This document shows, piece by piece, positions 47,733-62,140 of a stretch of 64,000 nt of DNA (the first letter of the stretch is position 1; every line of letters begins with the position of its first letter). Under the pieces are notes generated by a model. The model saw only the letters and a program-made list of their open reading frames with translations, was not told the DNA's origin and ran no database searches. Source of the stretch: the human T2T-CHM13v2.0 reference genome, Homo sapiens. The position numbers and the translations under genes were made by a program. The stretch is taken from assembly GCF_009914755.1 (NCBI RefSeq), contig NC_060940.1, one strand, 5' to 3'.

Positions 47733-50700
47733 TCTGGGGACTTTTAAAGGTTTAATCCAGCTAAGCATATTTATATATGTAATGCAGGGAAAGCGTATTA
47801 TTTTTATATTAATAATAGATCACAGCATCTTGGCAGGCTGCATGAGCTTCAGGTGGTTTGGAGGATGGTGATGTTTTTGGACTTCAGGCTTTGCGTTTCT
47901 CAGCTCTTCCTTTTCTTCCTCTCTTAAGATAGCTTACCCCTTGGGCCCTCAAGTTCTCTTTTACCCACAGCTCTGTCTTTATGCTTGCTTCCTGTGTAGC
48001 TATGCAGAGAGGGAAGAATTCATTAAGTAGAGAAAGATGAAATGGTTGGACCGAGTACAGAAATGGGAACTGCAGCTGCAGTGATGTGGGCTCTGAGAAG
48101 CCTCTGCCTTAGCAGATACCATTCCAAATTTAGGGGAGAGAAGGACCCGTTCTAAGGCTGAAGCATTTCTCTCTTGCTCACACCTGGTCCTTCCTGTCAC
48201 ACCTGTTGTATACCAGGTAGACAGGAGAGCCGGCCGTGGACTGAGGCAGCCGTTTGCTGTTTGATTTGTGAGTTTCATCCCAGCCAGTGTGGGCTCCTGT
48301 GTTGCAGGCCAAGCCAGACCAGGGGAGCACTTGCCCTTGTTCTTGCTGTGTCTCTCCTTGAGAGCTTTCCACCCCGGCGTTCTGAGGATCATAGCACATG
48401 AACCCCTAGCTGTTCCTGGAATGCTCAGGGCTCCCAGGAAAGCCTGATGTAGGTGAAAACAGAAAGCCAAAGGCAAAATGCTCTCCCCTTCCTGCTGGAC
48501 ATATGTGTCACTGCTGTCCTCTTTCTGCTTTATCTTTCCAAATAGGAAGAATTTTTAAAATTTCCCTTCCAGTATAAAGCCTTTATTCGTCCCAAAGCTG
48601 TTGATCAAGGGTCTGCTATATGCCCAGCATGTGCCAAACCTGCAGAACCAGTGGGAGCCAAACTTGACATTGAGCTGACCGTCACCAGTCTCACTAGTTT
48701 AGCAAGAAGGCAGGCTGTGTGGGGTAAAGGTAGCCTCGCTCTGCAGAGAAAGGAACAAGGAGAAGGGACGGGACACCACTCACCTTGCAGCATGGATGTG
48801 ACCGTGTGTGATGACATATGAAATGCTTGGGCCATAGCTACTCTGTGAATGTTACCTTTGTGATCTCATAACCACTTGACTTGTGATAAGCAATTAAGCC
48901 TGGAAGGAAACGGAAAAAGATTTTCCCCTTGTTGAATCAAATGTCTCTGGGCATGTCCCCGTGTTCAAAAAAACTGTATGGAGCATCTCCTTCACCAAGG
49001 GCTTTACATGGGCTGCAAAGAGCAAGACAGCATTTTCCTAAGGTACCTGGCACCTGGTGGGGAGACAGGACCTCCATGAAAGCAACCGAAGTTCAAGGGC
49101 GGTTACATGAGGCTTTGCGGAGGGGTGGGAGAGCCGGCCATCGGGTAGGACGCCCCAGCCTCTGCTGCAGACTGTTTAATGCACATTGCTGCTTAATTCT
49201 TACAGCAACCTGTGGGGTAGGCACTGTTTTCATGATCCCCATCTTATAGATGAAGCAGCTGTGACTCTGGGTTGAATGAGTCCCTCTGGGTCATGCACAA
49301 GATCTGCCTCATGCCTCTGTCTGCTCCACGTTGCTCCTCACCCAACCACCAAGGCGTGCGCTTCACAAATTTGTCTCAGTGAAATGAACCTGTTTCCATA
49401 ACATGTTTCCTGAAAGGAATTCTGTCACTCTCTCATTGACCCATCACTCATCGTCACAGCTGCCGTGGGCAGCTGATACTGGTGACAAGGTAATATTTTT
49501 CACACGGGAGAGAGCGCTGCAAAGACGAGAGTGTGGAATTGATGGGTCCCTGGGAATGTGACAAGTCTGTTAAGGTGGAGACCTTTTCAGCCTCATATGC
49601 ATAAAGTCTTCGCGTGTTAGGCTTTGAAGAAAACTTAGAGCTCACCTGTGTGTGCGTGCATACGTGTGCATGTGTTTTTGTGTGTGTTTTGAAAGGTACA
49701 TTCAGAATTATAATTTTTTACTTGGAAAGCTAAAGACATGGGCTTTGTAAATAGTCTATAGGTAGAGGTGGACACACCCTCTTGGCAGGTGAACTGTCTG
49801 AATTTTTATATTTACTTTTTATATGAGAAAATCAAAAGAAGTGTTTTGCACTAGATCATACTCTCAGTAGCAAACAGAGTGGAGTAATTGGTGACACTTT
49901 CTAGCCACTCATGTTTCTGCTGTGTCTCAGGGCTACCTGGCTCTCTCTCCCTTTCCTGACTCCTTCTGCGCCCAGAAGTAACCCATCCGGAGAGCTACCC
50001 AGTGTGTTTATCAGGCAAGGGCTGGGGAGGTTAGAGCATGTTGTCACGTTTGCTCATCATGGAGATTGGCAGCTTTTGTTTTGTTTTGTTTCTGTTCTGT
50101 GGCCACAGTTGTCACTGAGTATTTGGTTTTGGTTAGGAAGGGAGTGTTGGGCCTGGGCAAGGTTCATCTCATTAGCTAAGTTCTAATGGAGAAGGGGAAT
50201 GTGAAATAATCATTACAAGTGTGGGGAATGTCTCAAAACGGGAGATAAAAACAGTGAAGGGCATAGCCAGGTCACTCTTGCTGAAGTGGTGGGATCTCCT
50301 AACTGCAGGCAAAATACGTTAGCAGTAATAACTGTCCTTCCTGGAAATGAAAGTGCTGGGGAAGAGACAGGTGGCAGAGGGTGGGGTACAGGGTGGATAT
50401 GGGAGCGAATAACAGGGTCCTGACTTACCGAATGGCAGCCAGGGTGCAGTGATCTCTCAGAAGAGGCCTGAGGCTACAGAGAAGGGAGCCAGGTGAGGTG
50501 GAGACAGCAGGAAGGATACTGTGGAGAAGGAAGCTGAGGTGTGAACACAGAGGAGTGGCTCTGTGAGAAGTGACAGGGTTAGACAATGGCACCTCGGAAG
50601 CAACGAAGTGACGTGAGTGTTCAGTGGTGCGCTGCTGTGCAGAGGAGACAGCTTGTTCATCCTCTCTCCTGTTGAGTCGTCTTGGAGGTGGGCAGCATGT

Positions 50701-50868
50701 TGAGCATACGCAGGCGCTGGACGATCCTCACGCCAGGCGCCCTGCCCCGCACTTCCTGCATCAGCCTGTGGCTTTGAGAGCCGCCTTGCTGAGAGTGGCC
50801 TTACTCACTTACCGCTCCTAAATGGTGGTGTCCATTGTTCTAAATGAGGCGGGATGTAAATTACCATA

Positions 50869-51200
50869 CAGTCATCCCTTGCTATCTGGGGGGGATTGGT
50901 TCCGGGACCCCCCATGGACACCCAAATCTGAGGGTGCTCAAGTCCCTCATATAAAATGCCATAGTATTTGCATATAACCTAAGTGCATCCTCCTGTAGAT
51001 GCTAAGTCATCTCTAGATTACTTACAATACCTAGTACAATGCAAATATCATGTAAATATTTGTTACATGGTATTGCTTAGGGAATAATGACAAGATAAAA
51101 GTGTGTGCATGTTCAGTAGAGATGCACTTTTTTGAGTATTTGTAATCTGTGGTCGGTTGAATCTGTGGATGCAGAACCCACTGATACGGAGGGCTGACTG
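50869..51200. mobile_element. MER2 TcMar-Tigger element
   Basis: TA|cagtcatccct...agggctgactg|TA termini; gtgctcaagtccctcatataaaatg. Confidence 0.9.
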
Positions 51201-51203
51201 TAT

Positions 51204-51388
<185 letters not shown>

Positions 51389-51694
51389 GAGAGGTGTTTG
51401 GAAATCATCCTCTTTTCACCAAGTCATATTAACCGTGGCTTAAGTGGGACCTTCTAAGTGTGGTCTCCATATCCCATCTTCACCTCCACGGTTACAGAAA
51501 CAAAAACATGAAGAAGAGGAACTTGCTAAGCTACTGATCTGTGATTCCCCCGGTCTCTTTCCTTTTCCAAGTTCCCTGGTTGTAGCCAGCTGGTCTTTTC
51601 TGCTCCCTCACCTGAAGGGAGATTTCTGGTAAAAGTAGAAGTCCTGCAAAGACATTTTCCTGCCTGGCCGTTGTTTTTCAAAAGCTTGGGACGA

Positions 51695-52016
51695 TTTTGT
51701 TTGTTTATTTGTTGGTATGTATGTATGTATGTATTTAGAGACAGACTCTGTGTCTCCCAGGCTGGAGTGGAGTGGCACACTCTTGGCTTATAGCAACCTT
51801 CGCCTCCGGGGTTCAAGCAATTCTCCCACCTGAGCCTTCTGAGTAGCTGGGATTACGTGTGCCCACCAGCATGCCCGGCTAATTTTTTGTGTTTTTAGTA
51901 GAGATGGGGTTTCACCATGTTGGCTAGGCTGGTCTCGAACTCCTGACCTCAAATGATCCACCTGCCTCAGCCTCCCAAAGTGCTGGAATTACAGGCATGA
52001 GCCACTGCACCCGGCC
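51695..52016 (-). mobile_element. AluS with (TTTG)/(TATG) tail
   Basis: Full antisense dimer. Confidence 0.93.
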
Positions 52017-53299
52017 TGTTGTCTTTTTAAAGAGACTCCTTTGAGAAGACAGCTAGGGGCTAAGGGCTCCATGGCAGGCCCCAGAACAAGAGAGACCTCC
52101 CAGGGAGGCAAGGCTGCAAGTCTGGGCAAAAATTCCAGCTTGCTTGTGTGCCCTGGGAGCAGAAAACCAGGACCCACAAACTGGCAGTGAGTGGGCCACT
52201 GTCTGCAGGTTGGAAGTCCTTTCTGCAAGGTATAAGCGCTGTACAAGCGCCACGCTGTCCTGAAGGCTGGGGAGTGGGCAGGACCCCAATAATGGCTGAG
52301 ACAGCCTTGCTGCCCACTCGGCAGGACTGCCTTGGAGTCTCGATCAAGATGCACTCAGCAGCTCCTTCTGGCACCATTGAGTTTCATACTCACACACAGC
52401 ATTTCTGATGTATTTGGATGAGGCCTTGTAATTACACAGCAAGGACAGGTTGTCCATTTGCCCTCACCTACTGCCTGGACAGAGTATAAACTTAAAAAAC
52501 TTTCTAAAATGAATTAATCCACCCATGAAGTTCTCCTCGCAGGCAGGTTGGTATTGATGTCTTGGGGTCCTGCACTATGCCAGGCCCAGCGTCTGCCTCC
52601 GTCAGACCTTCCATCCCACCTGATGATTGGGGCTGGTCTAGGATGTTACCTCCCACATCCAGGGGAGGAAGTGAGGCCTGGTGAGCGGACTTGGTCAGGC
52701 TGACAGGTAGATGGACTCTCCTCCCCAGCGGGTCTCCATGGGGAACAGTTGGCACCTGCCCTGAACTGCCACACCACACACTCCCTGTGCTCCCCAACCC
52801 AGGCTGGGAATGCCCACTCTCTCCTATATCCAAAATAGTTATATTTATTTTTAGGGATGTTGGAAAGGGATGCCTCTTAAACCCCATCTCCCCTGGGGAG
52901 ATCATCTTGTCGGGAAGAAATGGCAGGACCTCTTCCCTGTACAGCTCGTCCTGGGAGCATTGTTGGAGTGGGGGCCGTCTTCTGAATGTGGCCAGGGCCG
53001 TACTGTCGGACACATGCATCTGCCTCAGTTAAACAGGCTCTGAGGATAGCCGCCTGGCTTGTCCTCTGGTTTGAAAAAGACAACTACAGCCCCTTTGCAT
53101 CAGCCTGTGGGAGGTAAGGAACCCAGAACTGGGCAGGCTGTGCTCTGTTCGGTTTCTGACCCCAGAGACTGCTCATGGGCCCTCCTCCTTAAACGTCGAG
53201 TCCCTCTCAGCTTTTCTTAAACTGCCCCTCAAATGCACTTAGCACAGACGCAAGCAGAGCCCCGGGGCTTGTCTCGGGGCACCGCGCAGTCACTCATTG

Positions 53300-53980
53300 G
53301 TCATTGCAGAGTCACAGTTAGACAGGAGGAAGAAGTTCTGGTGATCTGTTGCGCAGCAGGGTGACTATGGTTAACAATGACGTATATTTCAAAATAGCTG
53401 GAAGAGAGGGTTCTGAATGTTTCCACCACAAAGAAATGAGAAGTATTTGAGGTGATGGATCTGCTCATTACCCTGATTTGATTACAAAACAGATACATGT
53501 AGCAAAACACCACATTATGCCCCTGAGTTCGTTTGTTTTGTGTGGCTGTGAAGGAACACCTGACGCTGGGTAGTTGATAAAGAGAAGAGGTTTCTTTGGC
53601 TCCCAGTTCTGCAGGCTGTACAAGAAGCATGGTGTCAGCATCTGCTCGGCTTCTGGGAAGGCCTTGGAGGCTTTTAGTCATGGTGGAAGGTGCAGGGGGA
53701 GCAGGCATGTCACATGGCAAGAGAAGGAGCAAGAGAGAGGAGGAGGTGTTACTCTATCCCAACCACCAGCCCTCACATGAACTAACAGAACAAGAAGTCA
53801 CTCATTCTCATGGGCAGGGCACCAAGCCATTCATGAGGCATCTGCCCCATGCCCCAGACACCTCCCACTAGGCCCACCTCCAGCTTCAGGGGTGACATTG
53901 CAACATGATTTGGAGGGGACAAACATATCAACCCCATAACTGTGTATAATTATTATGTGCCAATTAAAAGTAAAACAAAA
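53300..53980 (+). mobile_element. L1MA 3' end split by an MSTB LTR
   Basis: gttagacaggaggaagaagttctg...accctgatttgat...ataattattatgtgccaattaaaa. Confidence 0.8.
53524..53930 (-). mobile_element. MSTB MaLR solo LTR
   Basis: gttctgcaggctgtacaagaagcatgg, caccaagccattcatgagg; ends ggggacaaacatatca; TSD-like gcccc/acccc. Confidence 0.88.
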
Positions 53981-54474
53981 CTGAACATTTATGGAGCCCC
54001 TGCTGTGTGCCAGGCACTGCGCATAGTGAGATACGCTTGAGTAAGGGGAAGGGCCTCCCAGGCGCAGCCAGGATGCCAGCCACCTCAGGCACAGTACTTC
54101 TTGGGAGCCTACCATTCCATGAGACAATCAGGGGCGGTTTGCATTCTACTCCATAATCCATCCGTATCTTACTGTTTATGAAACTTGCATTTCCCTCAGG
54201 CTAGTCTGCAGTGAAAATGCTTTGTGTTTCTTCTGCGTAGCCAGGCTGTGTGTACCTCTTGGCACACTGGGCTTCCTGTGTTCAGCATCTAGAGTGCTCT
54301 GGTTCCAGAAGTGAGCTTCCATGGAAGCCGCCTCTGTCCAGGTGTCTTTCCTTGTTTCAGGCTGTCTGGCTCACCTGGTCTCCCAGCATCTGTCTGTGAG
54401 GGCCAGGGGCAATGAGGACATTCCTCTGGCACATCAGGGAGGGAGACGAGCTAGTGGGTCAGAGGGGGTGGGTG

Positions 54475-54794
54475 GTTCTCCTTTCCTTCCTTCTCTTTGC
54501 TCCCCGCTTTGCACACTCTACATCCCTCCCCTGGTCTTTTCCTTTTCTCTTTCTGTTTCCCCCTTTCCTCCTCCTTCTCATTCCTTTTCCCTATTCCTCA
54601 TCATTCCTTTTCCCTGTTCCTCGTCATTCCTTTTCCCTGTCATTTCCCTCTTCCCTTCCTCCTCTTACTGCCTCTCTCCTGTTCTGTGTCCTCTCTTCTC
54701 TTTCCTCTCTTCTCTTTCCTTCCTCCCACTTCTTGTCTCCTCACCCTCCTCACCCTTTCCCTTCCCCTTTCCTTCTTTCTCTTTGTTCCTTCTT
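54475..54794 (+). repeat. CT-rich tract containing a 23-bp tandem unit (tcattccttttccctRttcctcR, about 2.7 copies, 54578-54639)
   Basis: Read directly. Confidence 0.88.
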
Positions 54795-55410
54795 AGTCCT
54801 TGATGTGGAGAGGAAATTCATAATTTCCTGCCTCTCCCTGTTTTTCTTGAGCCCTGGGAAGTGAAGCGCTGTACGCCGACAGCGAGTGAGCTTTCTCTGC
54901 CTGCAGTAATTGGATGGCTTCTTGGTACTCCGCACTGTCTGTCTTTGGCCGCAGCATTGAGTCTCTGAGCTCCTGGGAAGGGGAAGGGAATAGATAAAGC
55001 CGCAGGGCACGTTTTTCTCTGGGAACCACATGCAAATGCATGTGGGATTTGTCTTACATTGGAGGATTCCCACGTGTCGGGAAAGTGCTTCCCTGACATG
55101 ACTACCGAGTCACTCCTGATAGTATTCACCCAGAACTTTTAATGACCAATTATTGTTGTAGTACAGATTTAAAATTGATGTTAATTGGCTGGTGATATTT
55201 CATATTTAAGACAGCCTTAACTCTAAATACCACTTTTCACCAATTGCCGCAAAACCGTTTGCTAGCGTCCTTCCTCCAGATTAACCTGATCAGGAGAGAA
55301 AACAGTCTGGAGCCACAACACACATCAGATGTAGGATGTTCATGTTGACGATGAGGATTGTATTTATTTTTTTTTTTGCTAGAAAGCTGTTTTTCTAGTG
55401 GAGTGGGTGA

Positions 55411-55811
<401 letters not shown>

Positions 55812-55982
55812 ATGTTTCCAAGTTTTCTTCACATGCCTGGTGTCAGTTCCCATCTTGCAGTTTCCTACACAGTCAGCCCAGAAGTCCCCTTCTCCATGAA
55901 GCTTTCTCTCCTTGCCAGGAGCGGCAGTTATACATCTGCCTAAACCTGTCTGATGCCTCCCTTGCTAGACTGAGTGGAAAGA

Positions 55983-56110
55983 AGGGGCTGCTGGCTTGTA
56001 GTGGGCAGGGCCGGGGGTGCTGCTCAACGTCCTACAGTGCACAGGACATCCCTCCACAACAGAGAGTATCCTATCCCAAAATGTCTACAGCGCCACCGTT
56101 GAGAAACCCT
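55983..56110 (+). mobile_element. MER20 3' half
   Basis: tcctacagtgcacaggaca...cccaaaatgtc...gttgagaaaccct. Confidence 0.8.
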
Positions 56111-56429
56111 TGTCTCTAGTCAACAGTGTAAGCATTGTTTAGTTCCGATGTTTCTCCCTGTCCTTGTGCTTGATTCTTTGTAGGCAGGTTTATGTGAGGA
56201 GCTGCATCTTGGTCCGAGGGCTGGTGGTAGGGGTTGAATCTGTGCCTGCCCAGATACTTGTGTGACAGCATCCTCTCAATGCAGCCATCTCCTCAGCAGG
56301 ACCCGGCCTGCCCCTGTAATGTGATTCCTGTTCCTATTTAAGGCAGGGCTCCTCCAATGGGGACAGTGTGGGAGACAGCTGACCACCTCATTCTTCTCAT
56401 CAAGACACTCATTCCCCATTGACACTTGC

Positions 56430-56945
56430 ACGCTCTTGGTTGCGGGAGGAGGAAATCCAGCTCAGATTGACAGGAAACAGATGACATTCATTGACTTGCC
56501 TGATGGAAAAGACCAAGGGTACAGCTTGAATTTTAGGGGCTTAGTGTCATCAGACTCAGCCCCCCCCCCATCTTTCTGTCGATTTGCGTTGCTCTGTGTT
56601 GGCTGTGTTCACGCCCAGGCTGTGGTGGCAGGGGTGGTGGGTTGCAGCTCCAGGCCTGCATCGTCTTGGAAATGTCCATGCTGCCCCCAGGGGAAAGGCC
56701 CCTGTTTCTTCTGAGGCTGACAACAGTCCTGGAAGTGACTGTCTTTGACTCTCAATGGTCTAGGCCATACCACGTGTCTGCTGACCCCAGTGCCTGGGTA
56801 GGTGTGATACTGGGTCGGTGTCGTGTACCTACTCCTAAAGCCATAGGTCGGTGGGAGAAAGATGTTTTCCCCAAAAGAAAATGAGGGTGCTCTGACTAGC
56901 AGAAGGGAGATGGTGTTTAACTGGCCAAAATCAGCACACGTCCAC
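56430..56945 (-). mobile_element. Old MLT1K/L-like LTR
   Basis: ctcttggttgc...aaatccagctca start; ttttccccaaaagaaaatgagggtgct...agcagaaggg end. Confidence 0.55.
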
Positions 56946-57017
56946 TGAAGCCTGCAGGCTGCCCACAGCTCAGGCTCGGCTTAGGGCCAGTTTGGTGAAA
57001 TATGTGCATCTCCACAC

Positions 57018-57215
57018 CAGGGTTTTTTAACTGCAGCACAGCTGACATTTTGGGCCAGGTAATTCTGGGTTACAAGGGGTCCCCTGTGCATTATGGGATG
57101 TTGAACAGCCTCCTGGCCTCTACCCAGCAGCAGCCACATCCACTCCCTAGTTGTGACAAGCTAAGATGTCTCCAGCATTGACACATGTCACCTGGGAGGC
57201 AAAACTGCCTTCTTG
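57018..57215 (-). mobile_element. MER20
   Basis: cagggttttttaac...gacattttgggccaggtaattct...agttgtgacaa...atgtctccag. Confidence 0.8.
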
Positions 57216-57295
57216 CGAAGTTTCACATTAATACTTACTGATGAATAGACAACTGAAATGAATAAAGAAATGAATGAGTTGATAGCCCATTATTT

Positions 57296-57400
57296 CCAAT
57301 ATTTCACAGAATCGAAGACACCGTCAAGTGTTAGACCCATCCTGATTTCAGAGATGTCACATGTGAAGATAATGCCTGTCTCAGAATCAGTAAAATCAGG
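57296..57400. mobile_element. MER104/Kanga-like TcMar-Tc2 MITE
   Basis: Degenerate inverted termini tatttcacagaatcgaaga / tctcagaatcagtaaaat; internal atcctgatttcagagatgt. Confidence 0.6.
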
Positions 57401-57959
57401 GTGTTTCATCTTCTCTTCCAGAGGCCTGGGAGGTGAGGGTGGTGGGAAGCCCGTGGGTCTGCTGGAGGAATCAAACCTCTGCAGTGAGGCACATCCTGGT
57501 GTTGGCAAGTGTTTGACATGGATTCTCAAGATGGAGTATGGTGTTGAGTCGACTGAAACCCGAGTTCACACCTGTATGTGCTGTGAAGTTTCTTAACATC
57601 TCTGCATGTCAGTTTCTGTCTCCATACAAGGAGATAATCATAGCACTGACCTCACAGAGTTGATATAAGGATTAAATGAGATGATAGAGGTAAAGCCACT
57701 TAGTAGGACTGGCGCCTACTGAGTACTCAGTCAAGGTGAGATGAGATGAAGAGGCAGCCTCAGGGAAATGATGGACGCATGAGTCACCAAGCTCATGCTT
57801 CAGGGTGAACACTGATAGTCTCGCCCACAAGGCCCCATGTCCGCCCTGGGGGAAGTGATGAGCGAGGGAAGGAGGGAGCCACCAGCGCTGCTGAGAGCAC
57901 CACCTTCTTGTCTCCTCCGCAGTTTGACAGCAAGATGGGAACACAGATGAGATAATGCC

Positions 57960-58160
57960 TGTTAGTCCTGTGTACTAGGTGCTATGCGGGGTACTTTTTC
58001 TGCGATACCTCACTTAATCCTCATGCCAGCCCGAGACATGAGGTGGTCAGTAGCTGCATTTTACAGATAAGGAAACTACGGCACAGGAAGGTTAAGTGCC
58101 TTGCCTAAGGTCATAGCTGGGAAATAATAGAGCTGGGCTTTGCACTCTGATCCACAATCT
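57960..58160 (-). mobile_element. MIR
   Basis: cattttacagataaggaaactacggcacaggaaggttaagtgccttgcctaaggtca. Confidence 0.8.
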
Positions 58161-58669
58161 TTCGAAACCCAAGGTGTTGAAAACACAGACTGAGAAGCCA
58201 AGCCAGCAGCCACTGCTTTATTCTTCATGCTAAGAGTTAGAAGCCAAAAGTAATGGAGGCTACTCCTAAGAGCCAAGGAGGTGGAAATTCAGAGTAGGCT
58301 GCTCTGCCCTTTAACAAGTCCAGACAAAGATTTAGCCAGGGAGAGAGTAAAAACCAAGGTCTCAAAGGAGGTTTGGAGACCAAATGGGGCTTCAGTTCCC
58401 CAGGCTCTGCCAGGCCCTTGACCATGAATACTTAAAAGCCAGCTGTGTTGTAAACAGTGGAAATATTCCTAGATCTTTCTTGATTTGATTTCCCTTAACA
58501 CATATAGGGTGTTCAAGGAAAACACTGGCCTCTTACTCTGTAACTGCAGCCGTAACTAGAATTTTCCTATCAGAGTGCTGTTAGATTTAAGGAGGTAAAG
58601 AATGGAGAGAACTTGACGCAATGTCTGACACATGGGAAGTTCTTAGGAAACATTATAGCTGCTGCCACT

Positions 58670-59045
58670 GCTGTCATCAACCATGATCACCATTGTCATC
58701 ATTAGTTCCCCTCCTCCTTCCTCCTCAATCAGAAGCATCACCATCATTATCATCATCACCATCATTACCAGTTATCATCATCATCACCAACCATCACCAT
58801 TATTAACCATCCATCACCATCACTAGCCATGCATCACCATCACCAGCCATCCATCACCATCACCAGCCGTCCATCACCATCACCAGCCGTCCATCACCAT
58901 CATCATCCATCACCATCATCAACCACCCATCACAGGCATCATCTATCCATCACCATCATCAGCCATCCATCCCTTTCATCGTCAGCCATCCATAGCATCA
59001 TCACCTATCATCCATATCCTCACCATCATCAAACATTGTCATCAA
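58670..59045. repeat. (CAT/CAC)n low-complexity tract with an embedded 20-bp minisatellite
   Basis: ccatcaccatcaccagccRt period-20 units at 58791-58910. Confidence 0.9.
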
Positions 59046-59119
59046 CAGTATTTCATCTTCTCTCTCCTTTCTTAGGGAAACTCATTTAAGAAAGAGGCAG
59101 CATTTTTCTCCTTAAAAAC

Positions 59120-59320
59120 ATACAGCTGGCAGGCTGTCTAGACCTAGGTTTGCAGCTTCCTCTGCCACTCAATGGCTGTGTGACCTTGGGAAGGTTATTG
59201 CACCTGTTGGGCCTCAGGTTACCCATCTGCAAACAGAGATGAAAATACCTCCCCTCATGAGGTGGCAGAGAGGAATCAGAGCTGTAATATGAAAGGCTCA
59301 GTAAATAGCCATGCTTCCTG
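59120..59320 (+). mobile_element. MIR
   Basis: gctgtgtgaccttgggaagg...gcctcaggttacccatctgcaaa. Confidence 0.75.
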
Positions 59321-60503
59321 TTACCACAGCCCTTGTGTATCTGTTTCCCCTGGTGTTTTTAATTAATGCAAAATTAGGCGGGGTGGGGCAGACTTGGTAA
59401 CATAACTGTTACTTCGACAGTCTAGCAAGTAACTTCTTCCAAATCCCCTGCTGCAAAAAGCAGCTTGTTTCCCTCTCAGCTTCTTCTGGCAAGTGAGATG
59501 CTTGAACTTTGCTTCCCTCCTCGTCTTCCCTGGGCTCCTTGTCCCAACACCCACCTCCTGTTGTCTGGGCCAAGTCAGTCCAGCAGCAGAGTTGAGATTC
59601 CTCGTCCCATCTCCACTGTCCCATGCTCTCAAGGTTATAATACCATCCTCAGGGACTTCCTGAGAACCCAATCAGCAAACTACACTTTCACACACCTCTC
59701 TCTCCCAGCCCCTGAGAAGAGGCCTCCACATGGCCGCCAGCTCAGCTGCTTCCTTCAGCCCCCGACAGAGCAGTCTGACAATTTCACTTTTGTGAAGCCT
59801 GGCATGGAGCTGGGATTCACAGTCTCTCAGGATGAGGCTGCTGGTGGTGTACGGAGGTAGGCTTTAAAGGTTGGACTGGAAATGCATTTCTGTATCTGGA
59901 ACAGGTAGGAAAGAAACATCCGAAGCTTAAAGGAACAGCCCCACCCTATCTACTTCATTATAAGACTCAGGCTTCTCAAAGCCCAGCTCAGGAAGAAACA
60001 AACACACACACAAAAACCCAGCCTCATAGTGTCATGCAGCAGTTGAGGTGAATACGAGGTGATACCAAGCCTTCATGCTACAGGCACAATGCAAGTTCCA
60101 AAGATGGACCCTCGGCTCGCTAAAGCCAGGAGAAGCATTTACTCACCAATGCATGGGGTTGTTTTTTTTTTTTAAACACAGAAATAAAATGCTTATTATT
60201 CCCATGCCGCAGGCCCTGGGAAAACATTCATCACATAAACGTAGATCATAAGAGCTGATGACTGAACAGCTGCCTGATGGCTCACAGACCGTCTCTACCC
60301 ACTGCCTCCCGTCAACCTCAGGATGAACATCGGGCATGAGCAATGGCATCACTTCCAGATGAGGAAGCTGCAGCTGGCATCACTCAGCTCAGAGCCTCCC
60401 CTCCAGCTCAGGGCTTTGGGGCTCAGGCAAACCCTACGAGCACAGAGGGACAGGCAGATAACTGTATCCAAATGTGAAACCTTTGGAACGAAGGCTGGGG
60501 TAA

Positions 60504-60836
<333 letters not shown>

Positions 60837-61874
60837 TACAAGTTTTTGTAAGAAGAGTGCATGTCAGGGCCTGTGGCCAAAAGGTGATACTGTTGAGGTG
60901 GACAAGGGGCCTGGTGTCGGGGATAGTCCTGTTTCTCACCAGAGAGTGTGAGGTCCATGAAGTGAAGTTCTAAGCATATTCTGAGCTGGTTGGCCAGAGG
61001 GAATCAGGGCTACTGGCAGCCTTAGCTTTGCACATGTCTACGTTAGAGCCTCAGAGGCGTGATCAGAAAGATTTAGTTTTAAGAGGATGACTTTGTACTT
61101 TTCAGATTTCAGAAGCCAATTTCTCTTCCCAGGTAGCAGTGCAGCGACTTTCTCTTGTCGATCTCTATCACGGGTAAAATGAAGAGCCCTTCAAGAGCAG
61201 AGTGTGGGTCTGTCTAGGGTGTGGCCATTGCCCAAGGCCAGAGTCTTTGACCAGGAGGCCCCATGGTCAGTTTCTGTTCTTTTCCTTGCATAAGAGTTTT
61301 GATTTTGCTGTTTCTTTTCTCTTTCACTGCATACTTTATATGGAAAATTGAAGAGATAATTGAATAGGGAGGTTTTATCTCTTGAATGTGCTAATATCAT
61401 GGAGATGATAATATTCTGTCTTAGGGCCCTTCCTTGGGCGACTAGAACCATGGTAAGCAACCTGCTTTGAGAGAGCTGGAGACTGCTGGTACCTGCAAAT
61501 TATTACTAATTACATCTAAAAATCTTTATTAGCAGTAAGAGGCAGAAATAGCTTAAGAGCCTAGGGGCTTAATTAAATGTGAAATATGCAGGAGAGAAGT
61601 AGCTTATGAAGCAAGCAGGAATCAGGCTATTATTTATTTTGATTGTTGAAATAGACCTTGTTGTTCCGAGTGGAGTTCTATCTGGGGGGATACCTGTAAC
61701 AGACAGTATCTTCTCCTCCGTCTCTCCCCTCTCTATACCTTCCTTCCCTCAGTTATTATGGATCAGTCACTGTGTTAAGGATTAGGTTATAGTAATGAGA
61801 GAGTAGACTAGCTTCTTGTCATCATGGAATTACAGTCTGTAGTGAGGAGAAAATTAATACTAATCAACCACATC

Positions 61875-62140
61875 AATAAATGGAGGATAACCCTAACATG
61901 CCCGTCCATAGACAAATGGATAAATAAATTGGGGTACATTCACACAGTGGAACCTTGGGCTGCAAGGAGATTAAAGATGTGTAACTACAGGCAACAGTAT
62001 GGCTGGATCTCATAAACAATGTTGAGTGAAAGAAACTAGGTACAAAAAGATACAAACAAAACACACCCAGGTGATTGCATTAATCTAAACGCAAAAGCGG
62101 GTGAGACCGATCTGTGCTCTTGGAGGTTGTCCTCTGGGGG
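61875..62140 (+). mobile_element. Old L1M 3' fragment
   Basis: aaatggataaataaattggggtacattcacacagtggaa...aatgttgagtgaaagaa. Confidence 0.75.

Noticed and set aside
58829-59089. His-rich ORF
   Set aside because: CAT/CAC repeat artefact.
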